This document shows, piece by piece, positions 30,291-39,338 of a DNA stretch of 64,000 bases; positions within the stretch are counted from its first letter, which is position 1; each line of letters starts with the position of its first letter. Both the position numbers and the translations under genes were made by a program. The stretch is from Patescibacteria group bacterium (GTDB lineage Bacteria; Patescibacteriota; Minisyncoccia; UBA9983). The notes under the pieces were generated by a model. It saw nothing but the letters and a program-made list of their open reading frames with translations. It was not told where the DNA came from and ran no database searches. The stretch lies in the NCBI GenBank assembly GCA_018895015.1, contig JAHIOX010000003.1:962-64961 (forward strand). Direction: 5' to 3'.

Positions 30291-30476
30291 CTACTCCTCG
30301 TCCCAGCCACGGGCACATACTTTGCGAAACGCAACGCAATCACAGGGGCAATGGTTCTGCAAGAAGTCCTCCCAAGGAAGATTTTCTTGGTCCTTTTCCT
30401 TCAGTGCCTCGTCATGCAAAGGGCACAGACTGTCTTTTGTTGTCAGTATGTTCATCAGAACTCTCCTGTCCTCCAC
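30291..30476 (-). CDS. Small Cys/His-rich hypothetical protein
   Basis: CPLH..HCPCDC..C; TTGACA promoter near 30600; terminator at 30209-30251; start uncertain. Confidence 0.5.
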   Translation of the reverse strand: MEDRRVLMNILTTKDSLCPLHDEALKEKDQENLPWEDFLQNHCPCDCVAFRKVCARGWDEE

Positions 30477-30694
30477 CTTCCTTTTATAACTACCAAAGAT
30501 AGCTTGCTAAAAGGTAAGGATTTACAAGGCCAAACTCATATAAAATCAATGTGCTTTCTTTATAATCTGCTAAAATATTAGCACATTTAATACCTATTTG
30601 TCAAGCATTTTTGTGTATTTCCAAAATATGGCTCAAAATAAGACGATATTAGGCAATAAACGCTGAACAAAATATCAAACAAAAAATTAAATCT

Positions 30695-30739
30695 AAAATG
30701 GTTGCGATTTTCAGCGATAGCATTTTTTTATGACCTTTT
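30695..30739 (+). repeat. GCGATAGC-core dyad site G
   Basis: 26/28 identical to F through the core; GGT../..ACC arms at 14+8+14. Confidence 0.8.
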
Positions 30740-30746
30740 GTTTTTT

Positions 30747-31160
30747 TTATTTATTAAAATACTTTTTAAAAGCCAGGTATTCTTCTTTGCCGAAAAATTC
30801 CAAGGGTTTGAATTTGTATTTTTCCGGATTAATCCAGGCATAACTTGAGTGTTCTCGAGAAAGTCTAATCGCCATGGACATTAAATCGGCTTCATAAACA
30901 ATAATAAATACTTTAAAATCTTTAAAAAATCTTCGGTAATAAAAAGCAGGTTTGTTTAACTTATATTTAATGTTCCCCAATTCTTCTTTTATTTCTCTTC
31001 CTAAAATCTTCTCAAGCGCAATGTCTTTGTCTGATTCTCTTATCCTTCCACCGGGCAAATCAAGCTTATCTCCAGATTCATTCTTTAAAAATAAAAATTC
31101 TTTTTCTTTTTTCAGAAGAACCTTGATTGATATTTGATAAACGGCATTTTGCTCATCCAT
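30747..31160 (-). CDS. NUDIX hydrolase
   Basis: LPGGRI..REIKEELG, EHSSYAW. Confidence 0.88.
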   Translation of the reverse strand: MDEQNAVYQISIKVLLKKEKEFLFLKNESGDKLDLPGGRIRESDKDIALEKILGREIKEELGNIKYKLNKPAFYYRRFFKDFKVFIIVYEADLMSMAIRLSREHSSYAWINPEKYKFKPLEFFGKEEYLAFKKYFNK

Positions 31161-31300
31161 ACATAAATTATAATTTATTTATAATTTTTTGCAAAATAAA
31201 AAAACCATTAAAACGAAGAAATAAAAAACCCGCAAGCTCATCAAGCTTGCGGGTTAAATTTTATCACCCCCTTAATTAAATTTACTTCACACTTTCTTTC

Positions 31301-31672
31301 TCAATCCTCGGATCCCCTTTCTTTTTCTAAGTTTTTTTGCGCTCTTTCATGCGCTAAGGCAGTAAGGTTTTTGAATAAATGCTCACAAATTTTTTTCTTT
31401 GTCAGCTCAATGCCATAATCTCTGCCGGCAAGAAAAACTTTTGTGAGCAATGTTTCAAGCTCATCTCTTGTCTTATCAATATAAAACAGAGATTGAACTA
31501 ATCCTGATTCTGGCTTATCGCCAGATTCGTGCTTTAAAAAAGACAGCACGTTTACATCCTGCAAAAGTTTCCTTGCATCCTCATCATTTTCTGCATCAAT
31601 GACAAACACAGAAATTTCGCCATTCTCTTCTGTGGCCACAAAACTAATCTCCATATCCATCTCCTTTCCCAC
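31301..31672 (-). CDS. Hypothetical protein
   Basis: 123-aa ORF with terminator at 31225-31255; start uncertain. Confidence 0.6.
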   Translation of the reverse strand: MGKEMDMEISFVATEENGEISVFVIDAENDEDARKLLQDVNVLSFLKHESGDKPESGLVQSLFYIDKTRDELETLLTKVFLAGRDYGIELTKKKICEHLFKNLTALAHERAQKNLEKERGSED

Positions 31673-31935
31673 GGCTTGCCTTTCGGTTCAAGACTTATAA
31701 GGGGTATTCTTTAATATATTTTTAAGTCAAGGAACTTTCAAAGAACTTTTTTTATTTTCTTGCAAAATTATACACCCTTTGTTTAATTTTGTCAATAGCA
31801 CGATGCTTGACTTTTTTTGGGATATACGCTCCTGAGCCAAAATGCGCACGCAACTCATGGTAAAAAAGGCGCACGGCCCGGAGAAACAAAAAATTTCTCC
31901 GGGCCATATTTATTTTAAATTTGTAAAACAAAAAA

Positions 31936-31973
31936 CAACACACAAATCGCGCTATAGCGCGATTTGTGTGTTG
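31936..31973. repeat. 38-bp perfect palindrome
   Basis: CAACACACAAATCGCGCTA|TAGCGCGATTTGTGTGTTG. Confidence 0.9.
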
Positions 31974-32082
31974 GTGCTAAAATAATCAAAATAAAAAATG
32001 CTCGCGGTCTGACCGGAAAAGCAGATGTGCAGCACTCGGTGCTGCACATCTGCGATATTTCTATTCTCTATAAAAAAGCCTA

Positions 32083-32307
32083 TTAAACCTGCGTGGCCGA
32101 TGATTGGCCTTTTGCTTTGATAGCCGTGATTAAAACATAAATAGCGGACAAGCCGACAAGAATATAAACTATGCGGGCTAAAATAGATGCGGCGCCGAAA
32201 ATCGCGGCAACTAAATCAAAGCTTAGCAAACCGACCAATCCCCAATTCAAACCTCCAACAACAAGAATAATAATGGCTACCCAATCAAGAATATTTAATT
32301 TCTCCAT
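32083..32307 (-). CDS. DUF378 membrane protein
   Basis: VGGLNWGLVG..FDLV..IVYILVG. Confidence 0.9.
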   Translation of the reverse strand: MEKLNILDWVAIIILVVGGLNWGLVGLLSFDLVAAIFGAASILARIVYILVGLSAIYVLITAIKAKGQSSATQV

Positions 32308-32372
32308 AAAATTTTATAAAAAAACAAGTAATAACAAATTCGACCTTTATGCTTTTATTATACCACAATATT

Positions 32373-32801
32373 TTATCTCTTTTTCCACTGCGGCGCTTTT
32401 CGCGCTTTTTTGAGGCCGAACTTGCGGCGTTCCTTCATTCTTGGATCTCTTGTCAAAAGCCCGGCTTTTTTTAAAGAGTCTTTTAATTCCAAATCCGCTT
32501 TTACCAAAGCGCGGCTGATTCCGTGGCGGAGCGCCTCCGCTTGCGAATGAATGCCGCCGCCGTTAATTTTTACGGAAACTTTAAATTTTTTTGTTTTTGC
32601 TTTTTTCAGCGCTTCGTGAATTATATGCATTAATTCTTGGGTTGGGAAATAATCTTCCGCGTTTTTGTCATTGACCTTAATTTCCGATTTCACGCTTGTA
32701 AAAAGCCTCACTCTCGCCACTGAAGTTTTTCTTCTGCCAACGGCTTCAAAATATTTTGCGGCTTGCTTTGCGGTTGTTTTTTTTGTTTTAATGTCTTCCA
32801 T
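32373..32801 (-). CDS. rpsI: 30S ribosomal protein S9
   Basis: GRRKTSVARV, LTRDPRMKERRK. Confidence 0.97.
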   Translation of the reverse strand: MEDIKTKKTTAKQAAKYFEAVGRRKTSVARVRLFTSVKSEIKVNDKNAEDYFPTQELMHIIHEALKKAKTKKFKVSVKINGGGIHSQAEALRHGISRALVKADLELKDSLKKAGLLTRDPRMKERRKFGLKKARKAPQWKKR

Positions 32802-32823
32802 TTATTTTAATTTTCCGTTTTAA

Positions 32824-33168
32824 TTATTTGCTTATTATTAAATTCTTCATCATTTGTTTTCTCAATTTATTCTTTGGAAGCATGCCCATTATCGCCTTTT
32901 TTAAAACATATTCAATTCCTTTTTTTTCCAAGACTTTTTCCATCGGCGCTATTTTTAAACCGCTTGGATACCCTGAAAAAGTTTTATATCCTTTTTGTTT
33001 CTTTTTTTTATCCGATATGTCCATCTTGTCCGCGTTTAAAACTGTTAATTTTAAATCAGAGACGCGATTCGGCGTGAAATCAGGCTCTTTTTTTCCGCGC
33101 AAAACCGTTGCCGCGTCCGAAGCGACTCTGCCTAACATTTTATTTTTTGCGTCTATTGTGTATTCCAT
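32824..33168 (-). CDS. rplM: 50S ribosomal protein L13
   Basis: IDA..LGRVAS, SGYPSG, GMLPKN. Confidence 0.95.
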   Translation of the reverse strand: MEYTIDAKNKMLGRVASDAATVLRGKKEPDFTPNRVSDLKLTVLNADKMDISDKKKKQKGYKTFSGYPSGLKIAPMEKVLEKKGIEYVLKKAIMGMLPKNKLRKQMMKNLIISK

Positions 33169-33172
33169 AATT

Positions 33173-33520
33173 TTAAACAAACTCAATTATAGCCATTTTA
33201 GCGGCGTCGCCTTTTCTTGGGGGCAATTTTGTAATTCTCGTATAGCCGCCCTTTCTATCTTTGTGTTTCGGCGCTATTTCGCTAAAAAGCTTTTTCGCGC
33301 CATCCTTGCCAATTCTGGAAATAATTAATCTGTTGTTCGCGACGGTGTCTTTTTTGGCTCTTGTAACAAATTTTTCCACATACGGCCTCAATTCTTTCGC
33401 TTTGGCTTCGGTAGTTTTTATTTTTTCGCTTAAAATTAAATTATGCGCCAGCGATTTCATTAGCGCCCGCCTCGCGTTTGTTTTTCTGCCGAATTTTCTT
33501 CCAGTTTTTTTATGTTTCAT
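33173..33520 (-). CDS. rplQ: 50S ribosomal protein L17
   Basis: IKTTEAKAKELR, GGYTRI, GDAA. Confidence 0.97.
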   Translation of the reverse strand: MKHKKTGRKFGRKTNARRALMKSLAHNLILSEKIKTTEAKAKELRPYVEKFVTRAKKDTVANNRLIISRIGKDGAKKLFSEIAPKHKDRKGGYTRITKLPPRKGDAAKMAIIEFV

Positions 33521-33553
33521 AATATTTTAATTATATTATTGCTGGCATGCCGG

Positions 33554-34522
33554 CTATTTTAATATTAAGCCGTAATTTCCCAAAGCCCGCCTGATTTCTT
33601 GAACAGCTTTTTTCCCTATACCCTCCATTTCCAGCAAATCAGATTCTTTTTTTCTCGCAAGCCCGCCAATAGTTCTAATCCCGGACTGCGAAAGCGCGTT
33701 AAGCGTTCTTGAAGGAAGCTGAATATCCTCCACTCTTATTTTCAGCGTATCTGACGCGCCAATGTCCGATTCTTCTTTTTGCTCCTCATCTTCTTCAGAT
33801 TCTTTAATTCTGTCTTTTTCTTCTTTCTCTTCTTCTTTAAAGCCGATGATTTCTTTTAATTGCAATATCATAATTTCAATCGCTTTTTCAAGAGCTTCGC
33901 GCGGAGAAATTATTCCGTCTGTTTCAATAAAAAACCTAAGCCGGTTATAGTCCGTTCTGTCGCCAACGCGCATATTTTCCACCTCGTAATTAACGCGTCT
34001 TATCGGAGTGAAAATCGCGTCAAGAATAATGGTGCCGACTTCCACTTTATCAGTTTGCAGCCTGTCGCGCATAACATAACCAAGCCCTTTTTCTATTGTT
34101 AGTTCAGCGTTAAAACTCGCGTCTTTGGATACTAACGTGACAATATGCTCGTCTTTATTTAAAATCTCAACTTGCGTTGGAATTCGTATGTCTTTTGCCG
34201 TGATTTTTTTCACGCCATTCACGGAAATTGTCACTTTTTGCGGCTCGTCAGCGTGCACCTTGAATCTTATTTTTTTAAGGTTTAAAAGAATTGTTATCAC
34301 GTCTTCTTTAATGCCGTCTATTTTGGAAAATTCATGAGAAACTCCGTTTATTTTTACTGCAGTAATCGCGGCTCCGGGGATAGAAGACAATATTATCCTT
34401 CTTAAAGAATTCCCGAGCGTGTAGCCATAGCCGGAATAAAGGCCGTCAATTTCATAAACGCCTTTGTTGCCATCCTCGGAAACTATTCTTGGTTTTGAAG
34501 GTAAAGCGATTTTGTATTCCAT
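33554..34522 (-). CDS. rpoA: RNA polymerase alpha subunit
   Basis: GYGYTLGNSLRRI, HEFS, alpha-CTD RTLNAL. Confidence 0.97.
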   Translation of the reverse strand: MEYKIALPSKPRIVSEDGNKGVYEIDGLYSGYGYTLGNSLRRIILSSIPGAAITAVKINGVSHEFSKIDGIKEDVITILLNLKKIRFKVHADEPQKVTISVNGVKKITAKDIRIPTQVEILNKDEHIVTLVSKDASFNAELTIEKGLGYVMRDRLQTDKVEVGTIILDAIFTPIRRVNYEVENMRVGDRTDYNRLRFFIETDGIISPREALEKAIEIMILQLKEIIGFKEEEKEEKDRIKESEEDEEQKEESDIGASDTLKIRVEDIQLPSRTLNALSQSGIRTIGGLARKKESDLLEMEGIGKKAVQEIRRALGNYGLILK

Positions 34523-34549
34523 ATAAATAAATTTGTTAGTTATTAATTA

Positions 34550-35128
34550 TTAAATTGACGGTTGGCTGATAATTTCTCCTTCTTTTTTTGCTTTATCTAA
34601 TTTTATCCATGCCGGCGGATTGTATTTTTTGATTTTTATATCAATATCTTTAAAAATCGCTTTTTCAGCGGATTGCGGCCTGATGCATATTTTATCTCCG
34701 GATTTTATTTTACACGAGGGAACATTTACCTTGCGGCCGTTGACCATTATGTGTCCGTGCGACACAATCTGCCTGGCCGATGACCTTGAATTGCAAAAGC
34801 CGAGCCGGAAAACAACATTGTCAAGCCGCGATTCAAGCGCTTCAAAAAGAAGCGCTTCGGTGTCTCCTTTGCTTTTTTTATTCGCCCCTTTCAAATAATT
34901 TGAAAATTGCCGTTCCCTGATTCCGTAAGTCAGCTTTATTTTTTGCTTTTCCATCAGCTGAAGCCCGTATTCAGAACGATTTTTCGGTCTCCTGCTTTTG
35001 GTTTTTTTAGACATGCCGGGCGCGTAAGGCTTGCGGCTAAGCGGGCATTTGGGCGTAAAGCACTTATCGCCTCTTAAAAAAAGCTTTTCGCCGATTCTTC
35101 TGCATTTTTTGCATTTATTTTCTAACAT
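34550..35128 (-). CDS. rpsD: 30S ribosomal protein S4
   Basis: CKKCRR, SEYGLQL, LESRLDNVVFR. Confidence 0.97.
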   Translation of the reverse strand: MLENKCKKCRRIGEKLFLRGDKCFTPKCPLSRKPYAPGMSKKTKSRRPKNRSEYGLQLMEKQKIKLTYGIRERQFSNYLKGANKKSKGDTEALLFEALESRLDNVVFRLGFCNSRSSARQIVSHGHIMVNGRKVNVPSCKIKSGDKICIRPQSAEKAIFKDIDIKIKKYNPPAWIKLDKAKKEGEIISQPSI

Positions 35129-35134
35129 TTATTT

Positions 35135-35569
35135 TTAAACCCTTCTTGGTTTTTTAGCTTTCGGCCCGTTATGCGGAATAGGGGTTCTGTCGGAAATTTT
35201 ATTAATAATAATATTTTTCGCGGCAAAAGCGCGGATCGCGGATTCTCTGCCCGCGCCAACGCCCTTTATCACGACATCAACTTCTTTAATGCCAATCATT
35301 TTTGCTTTTTCAGCCAGAAGGTCAGCGACCTTGGAAGCGGCAAAAGGGGTGCCTTTTTTCGCGCCCTTAAACCCCAAGCTTCCGCTGGTTGACCACATTA
35401 TATTGTTGCCGCTGATATCAGTCAGGCTAATCAAAGTATTATTGAATGTGGACTGAATGAATAAAATTCCGCTGGCCAATTTCTTTTTTGGAACCTTGCC
35501 AAGAGAACGGCTTTTTAATTCCTGGTCAACGCTGGAACCCCCTTTTTTTATAATACGTTTTTTTCCCAT
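35135..35569 (-). CDS. rpsK: 30S ribosomal protein S11
   Basis: STFNNT, GTPFAA, TPIPHNG. Confidence 0.97.
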   Translation of the reverse strand: MGKKRIIKKGGSSVDQELKSRSLGKVPKKKLASGILFIQSTFNNTLISLTDISGNNIMWSTSGSLGFKGAKKGTPFAASKVADLLAEKAKMIGIKEVDVVIKGVGAGRESAIRAFAAKNIIINKISDRTPIPHNGPKAKKPRRV

Positions 35570-35572
35570 AAA

Positions 35573-35953
35573 TTATTTCTTTTCAACTTTCTTCTTTCCG
35601 CTACCCATTGTAACGCGCACATTCCCCTTGATTGTTCTTGTGTTTGTTTTGGTACGCTGGCCCCTGGATGGAAGGCGTTTGCTGTGCCTGGATCCGCGAT
35701 AGCTTTTTATTTCTTTTAATCTTTTAATGTTCGCTGATACTTCTCTCCTCAAATCGCCTTCAACGCGATATTTTTCAACCAGCCCCATTAGCGCGTTGAA
35801 CTCTTTTTCAGAAACATCTTTCGCCAATTTATCAAAAGAAATTTTGGCGTCATCTAAAATTTTTTTCGCGCGCGATTTTCCAATGCCAAAAATGTAAGTT
35901 AAGGCAACTTCCAATCTTTTTTTATCCGGTATTTCTGTTCCTGCTATTCTCAT
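35573..35953 (-). CDS. rpsM: 30S ribosomal protein S13
   Basis: RIAG, ALTYIFGIG, RGQRTKTN. Confidence 0.97.
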   Translation of the reverse strand: MRIAGTEIPDKKRLEVALTYIFGIGKSRAKKILDDAKISFDKLAKDVSEKEFNALMGLVEKYRVEGDLRREVSANIKRLKEIKSYRGSRHSKRLPSRGQRTKTNTRTIKGNVRVTMGSGKKKVEKK

Positions 35954-35955
35954 AA

Positions 35956-36072
35956 TTATCCTTGTCTTTGTTTATGCTTTGGATTCTTTTTGCAAATAAC
36001 ATAAATGCGGCCTTTTCTTTTAACCAGCTTGCAGGAATTGCAAAATTTTTTGACCGATGTTTTAACCTTCAT
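35956..36072 (-). CDS. rpmJ: 50S ribosomal protein L36 (not in ORF track)
   Basis: [38 protein letters not shown]. Confidence 0.97.
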   Translation of the reverse strand: MKVKTSVKKFCNSCKLVKRKGRIYVICKKNPKHKQRQG

Positions 36073-36085
36073 CTTCTTGAAAAAA

Positions 36086-36301
36086 TTATAATCTTTGAAT
36101 AATTCTACCCCTCTCTTCGCCATAAGGGCTGGTTTGAACTTTTACTTTGTCGCCAACCAAGACCTTAATTCTGTAAATTCTCATTTTTCCGGCAAGATAG
36201 CCCAAAAGTTCCTTCCCATTTTCCATACGCACACGAAATGTGGCATTAGGTAATGCCTCTGTTACTGTGCCGATGGAAATTTTTTCAGACCTGTCTGCCA
36301 T
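36086..36301 (-). CDS. infA: Translation initiation factor IF-1
   Basis: [21 protein letters not shown]. Confidence 0.97.
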   Translation of the reverse strand: MADRSEKISIGTVTEALPNATFRVRMENGKELLGYLAGKMRIYRIKVLVGDKVKVQTSPYGEERGRIIQRL

Positions 36302-36343
36302 CTTTGCTTCGTTTAAAAGTATATCAAATTAACAATAGAAATG

Positions 36344-36916
36344 TCAATAGCTAAACAATGTTAGCATTCCAATGATTTTTTTGGAAAACTCTTCGGCCGA
36401 GGCAGGGCCGTTGGCGGTGATAATTTTTCCGTCAATAACTACATCTTCGCCAACATATTCAGCGCCGTTTTCTTTCAAAATTTTTATCGGCCATTTGTCC
36501 AAAGGCAACGACCATACAGTCGCTTTTTTCCCGCGCAATACTCCGCATTTCGCCAATATAATCGGAGCGATGCATATAGCTCCCAAAACTTTATCGCTGG
36601 CAATTATTTCTTTCGCGACGCGGCAGCATTCCGCGTTGTCAGCGTAAGCGGCGGCTCCGCCGCCGCCGACAAAAATTACCGCGTCGTAATTCTTAGTTTC
36701 TAGCTCTTCAAGAGTCAAATCAATATCAATATCTCCGCCGTCAACGCCAAGAGCTTTTCCTTTTCTAGAGCTAACAGTAATTATTTTTGCGCCGGCGTCC
36801 TCTAAATTTTTTTTTGGAGTAAAATATTCCTCATCTTTAAAATTCCTAAAGGCGACAATCATCGCGATTTTTTTGCCTTCCTGCCTGCGCAGGCAGGTTA
36901 AAAAATTACTGCTCAT
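36344..36916 (-). CDS. DJ-1/PfpI family protein
   Basis: FKDEE, YDAVIFVGG, GAICIAP, ITANGP. Confidence 0.92.
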   Translation of the reverse strand: MSSNFLTCLRRQEGKKIAMIVAFRNFKDEEYFTPKKNLEDAGAKIITVSSRKGKALGVDGGDIDIDLTLEELETKNYDAVIFVGGGGAAAYADNAECCRVAKEIIASDKVLGAICIAPIILAKCGVLRGKKATVWSLPLDKWPIKILKENGAEYVGEDVVIDGKIITANGPASAEEFSKKIIGMLTLFSY

Positions 36917-38126
36917 TTTTTAAAATAATTTCAATGTGAACGCGCGATTTATTTTTCGGCATTGTCTGCCACCAAGAAGGCTTAAAAAACAGTTCGGCTT
37001 TCTCTATATAAGGATAGTCTCTGAAAACAGCAAGGTAATCCTTGTCCTGCGCGTTCATTAAGTTATTAACCAAAGCGCTTGAATCAACACCCCAAACAAA
37101 ATGCGCCTTGCCTTTTAAATTAAAAGAAAATTCAGTGTCGTCCGCATTTCTTGATATGAGCTTAAATTCAAGATTTTCAATATTCGCGACTTCAATATCG
37201 GCATTTTTATTTTCCGAAATATACTTTTTAGCCAAAACTTTTGAAAGATCGCCGTCATTTATCAAAAATCTAACCGCCTTGCCTTTTTCTTTAAAAATGA
37301 ATTTGCCTGTTTGCGGGTTGGAAACATCATCCTCAAAGTCTATTTTTATGGCATCTTTATACGGCAGATAGCCCGACGGCTCTTGTTTTAAAATATTTTC
37401 CATCAAATAATCCTCAATTTTCTTTTTTAAGCTGTTTCTCGCCCGGTCAATGTCTTCATCCGTTACAGTCAGCGAACTTTCTTTAACTTTGATATCGGTT
37501 TTAGATCGGGCGTATATTTTTTCATATCTTGGATTTCCTTTAAAGCCCGGTATTGTGAAATCAACAAGTCCGGTGTTATATTCTTCGCCGTCTTTATCCG
37601 CGTAAACAGCGGCTTCAACGGAACCGAAACCTGGCACGACAACTGGCTCTTGAATTCTGTAAATTTTTCCTTCAGGCGATTCAAAGCGTGTTTGCGCGAC
37701 AAGTTTTTGAGCGTCTGAACTGTACTGGTTGTAAATTACTATGCGGCCGCTCGCTTTTTTCCCGCCATCCGAAATTCCGGTGGCATATGATTGCTGGGAT
37801 AATTCATAATCCATTTGCGCTATTTCAAATTTTAAATCGCCCGCCTCGCTTCCGCGGACCGCCTTGAAGGTAGAATCAATGGCGATAAATTCCTGGCGAG
37901 GGATAATTTTAACCGTTGCCGAGGCAAAAGCGTCTAAAACCATGCCAAGCAGAGCTATAAAGATTGCCGCCAGCGAAATCCAGAAAATTATTTTTAGAGT
38001 CTTTTTCCCGCGCCCGCGCGACCTTAGAATCTCTTCCTTTAATTTCTCCGGCTCCGCGACAATAATCCTCGGAGGCATTTTTTCTTTTTTGACTGTTAAA
38101 ATGTCTTGAATTATTTTTTTGGCCAT
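36906..38126 (-). CDS. Membrane-anchored hypothetical protein (baseplate-J-like segment)
   Basis: Single TM; KASGRIVIYN..TRF..GEEYN..FTIPG. Confidence 0.65.
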   Translation of the reverse strand: MAKKIIQDILTVKKEKMPPRIIVAEPEKLKEEILRSRGRGKKTLKIIFWISLAAIFIALLGMVLDAFASATVKIIPRQEFIAIDSTFKAVRGSEAGDLKFEIAQMDYELSQQSYATGISDGGKKASGRIVIYNQYSSDAQKLVAQTRFESPEGKIYRIQEPVVVPGFGSVEAAVYADKDGEEYNTGLVDFTIPGFKGNPRYEKIYARSKTDIKVKESSLTVTDEDIDRARNSLKKKIEDYLMENILKQEPSGYLPYKDAIKIDFEDDVSNPQTGKFIFKEKGKAVRFLINDGDLSKVLAKKYISENKNADIEVANIENLEFKLISRNADDTEFSFNLKGKAHFVWGVDSSALVNNLMNAQDKDYLAVFRDYPYIEKAELFFKPSWWQTMPKNKSRVHIEIILKNEQ

Positions 38127-38128
38127 AT

Positions 38129-39313
38129 TTATAAAATTTTATTGGCAAAAATTGCTTCCATCATTAAAAAAATATCTTTGCCCGCCTGCCCCGCCTTTGG
38201 CGGGGCAGGCGGATTAAAATAATGCGCGATTCCTTCCGGCATAATTTTATTAACGATAAACGGCTTGCCTAAAATGGTAAATTCCGCGGAAAAATCCTCC
38301 TCGGCGCATTTTATAAATTCCTTGCTTACAGGATCGTCGCCGGCCAGAAAAACATTCTGCGGAAGAGGCTTGTTTTCAAAAATAATTTTCAGCGCTTTGT
38401 AAAAAAAATCGCGCCATTCTTTTTTTGCCTTTTCAATTATTAAAGATATTTTTTGCGAGTTGCTTTCATCCGCGTGGCCGTTTAGATATGTCTGCAGCAT
38501 TGATTCCGCCTCATCCGGAAAAGCGTTAAATTCAGACGCTATTTTTCTTAACAGAAAATTTCGTCCGCGCGAAAAAGAAACTGTTTCTTCCAGATTGTCA
38601 TTGCGTATTAGTGAAAGTTCAGTAACTTCTCCGCCTATATCAATAAGAATCAGTCCGTCGCTGGTGTTAATTATGCCGTTTAAAATTTTAAAAGCCACCA
38701 TGGGAAAAGTTTTAAATTGCAAAGATATGTCGCCAAAATTTTTCAAGACTTCTTCTTCTATTTCATCTTTAACTTCCTTTACCCCTAAGCTCATGTGAAT
38801 ATACGCTTTAATTTTTTTGGCGGTTTTATTTATCGGGGAATTCGTATGGTAGCCGTTAAGTTCGGTTTTTAAAATTTCGTGTTCAATAAATTCGGGCTCG
38901 CCGCGCAATGGTTCCAATTTGGACGACCATTTCTTTTTAAAAAACTTTTCTTCGTCCATCATTAATTTTTCAAAAAAATCCTCCGTAATTTTAAAAGGCT
39001 TTTCTTTTTCAATGCTTATTATTTTTGTCTGCGATATGAACCATGGAGAAAAAAATACGCACAAGGCGGCATCAGGCCCTTTTGGAAAATCTTTGAGAAG
39101 CTGCCCAAGATTTTTTTTAAGAGCGCTGCGCGCGCAGCGCCAAAACGCGTCAAAATCAACATCCAAAAGAAAATTAACCGGCACTCTTCCCGAAGAGATT
39201 ATTTCAGGCTTGCCTTCTTTATCTTGCTTTATCAGCATTCCGCCGACAGAAGCGCTCGCCATGTCAAACACCGCGATCACTCTTTGTTTTTTCTTTTCGC
39301 CAAAAAGACTCAT
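38129..39313 (-). CDS. Actin-fold FtsA/PilM-like protein
   Basis: AVFDMASAS and LIDIGGEVT phosphate loops. Confidence 0.7.
   Translation of the reverse strand: MSLFGEKKKQRVIAVFDMASASVGGMLIKQDKEGKPEIISSGRVPVNFLLDVDFDAFWRCARSALKKNLGQLLKDFPKGPDAALCVFFSPWFISQTKIISIEKEKPFKITEDFFEKLMMDEEKFFKKKWSSKLEPLRGEPEFIEHEILKTELNGYHTNSPINKTAKKIKAYIHMSLGVKEVKDEIEEEVLKNFGDISLQFKTFPMVAFKILNGIINTSDGLILIDIGGEVTELSLIRNDNLEETVSFSRGRNFLLRKIASEFNAFPDEAESMLQTYLNGHADESNSQKISLIIEKAKKEWRDFFYKALKIIFENKPLPQNVFLAGDDPVSKEFIKCAEEDFSAEFTILGKPFIVNKIMPEGIAHYFNPPAPPKAGQAGKDIFLMMEAIFANKIL
38182..38212. repeat. In-frame GC-rich hairpin insert
   Basis: CCGCCTGCCCCGCC-ttt-GGCGGGGCAGGCGG; encodes PPAPPKAGQAG. Confidence 0.85.
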
Positions 39314-39338
39314 TGAAAATATTATAGCATAAAATAAT

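Noticed and set aside
29626-30604. CIRCE elements (TTAGCAC at about 29630 and 30578) near the dnaK operon
   Set aside because: The second half-site is missing; both read as minus-strand TTGACA..TGC-TAAACT/TAATAT promoters.
17898-30739. Classical integron or Xer/dif sites
   Set aside because: No integrase gene, no consistent RYYYAAC..GTTRRRY ends and no match to the dif consensus.
36906-39313. Prophage or contractile system suggested by the baseplate-J-like segment
   Set aside because: A single membrane-anchored gene paired with an FtsA-like gene among housekeeping loci; no tail or capsid genes.
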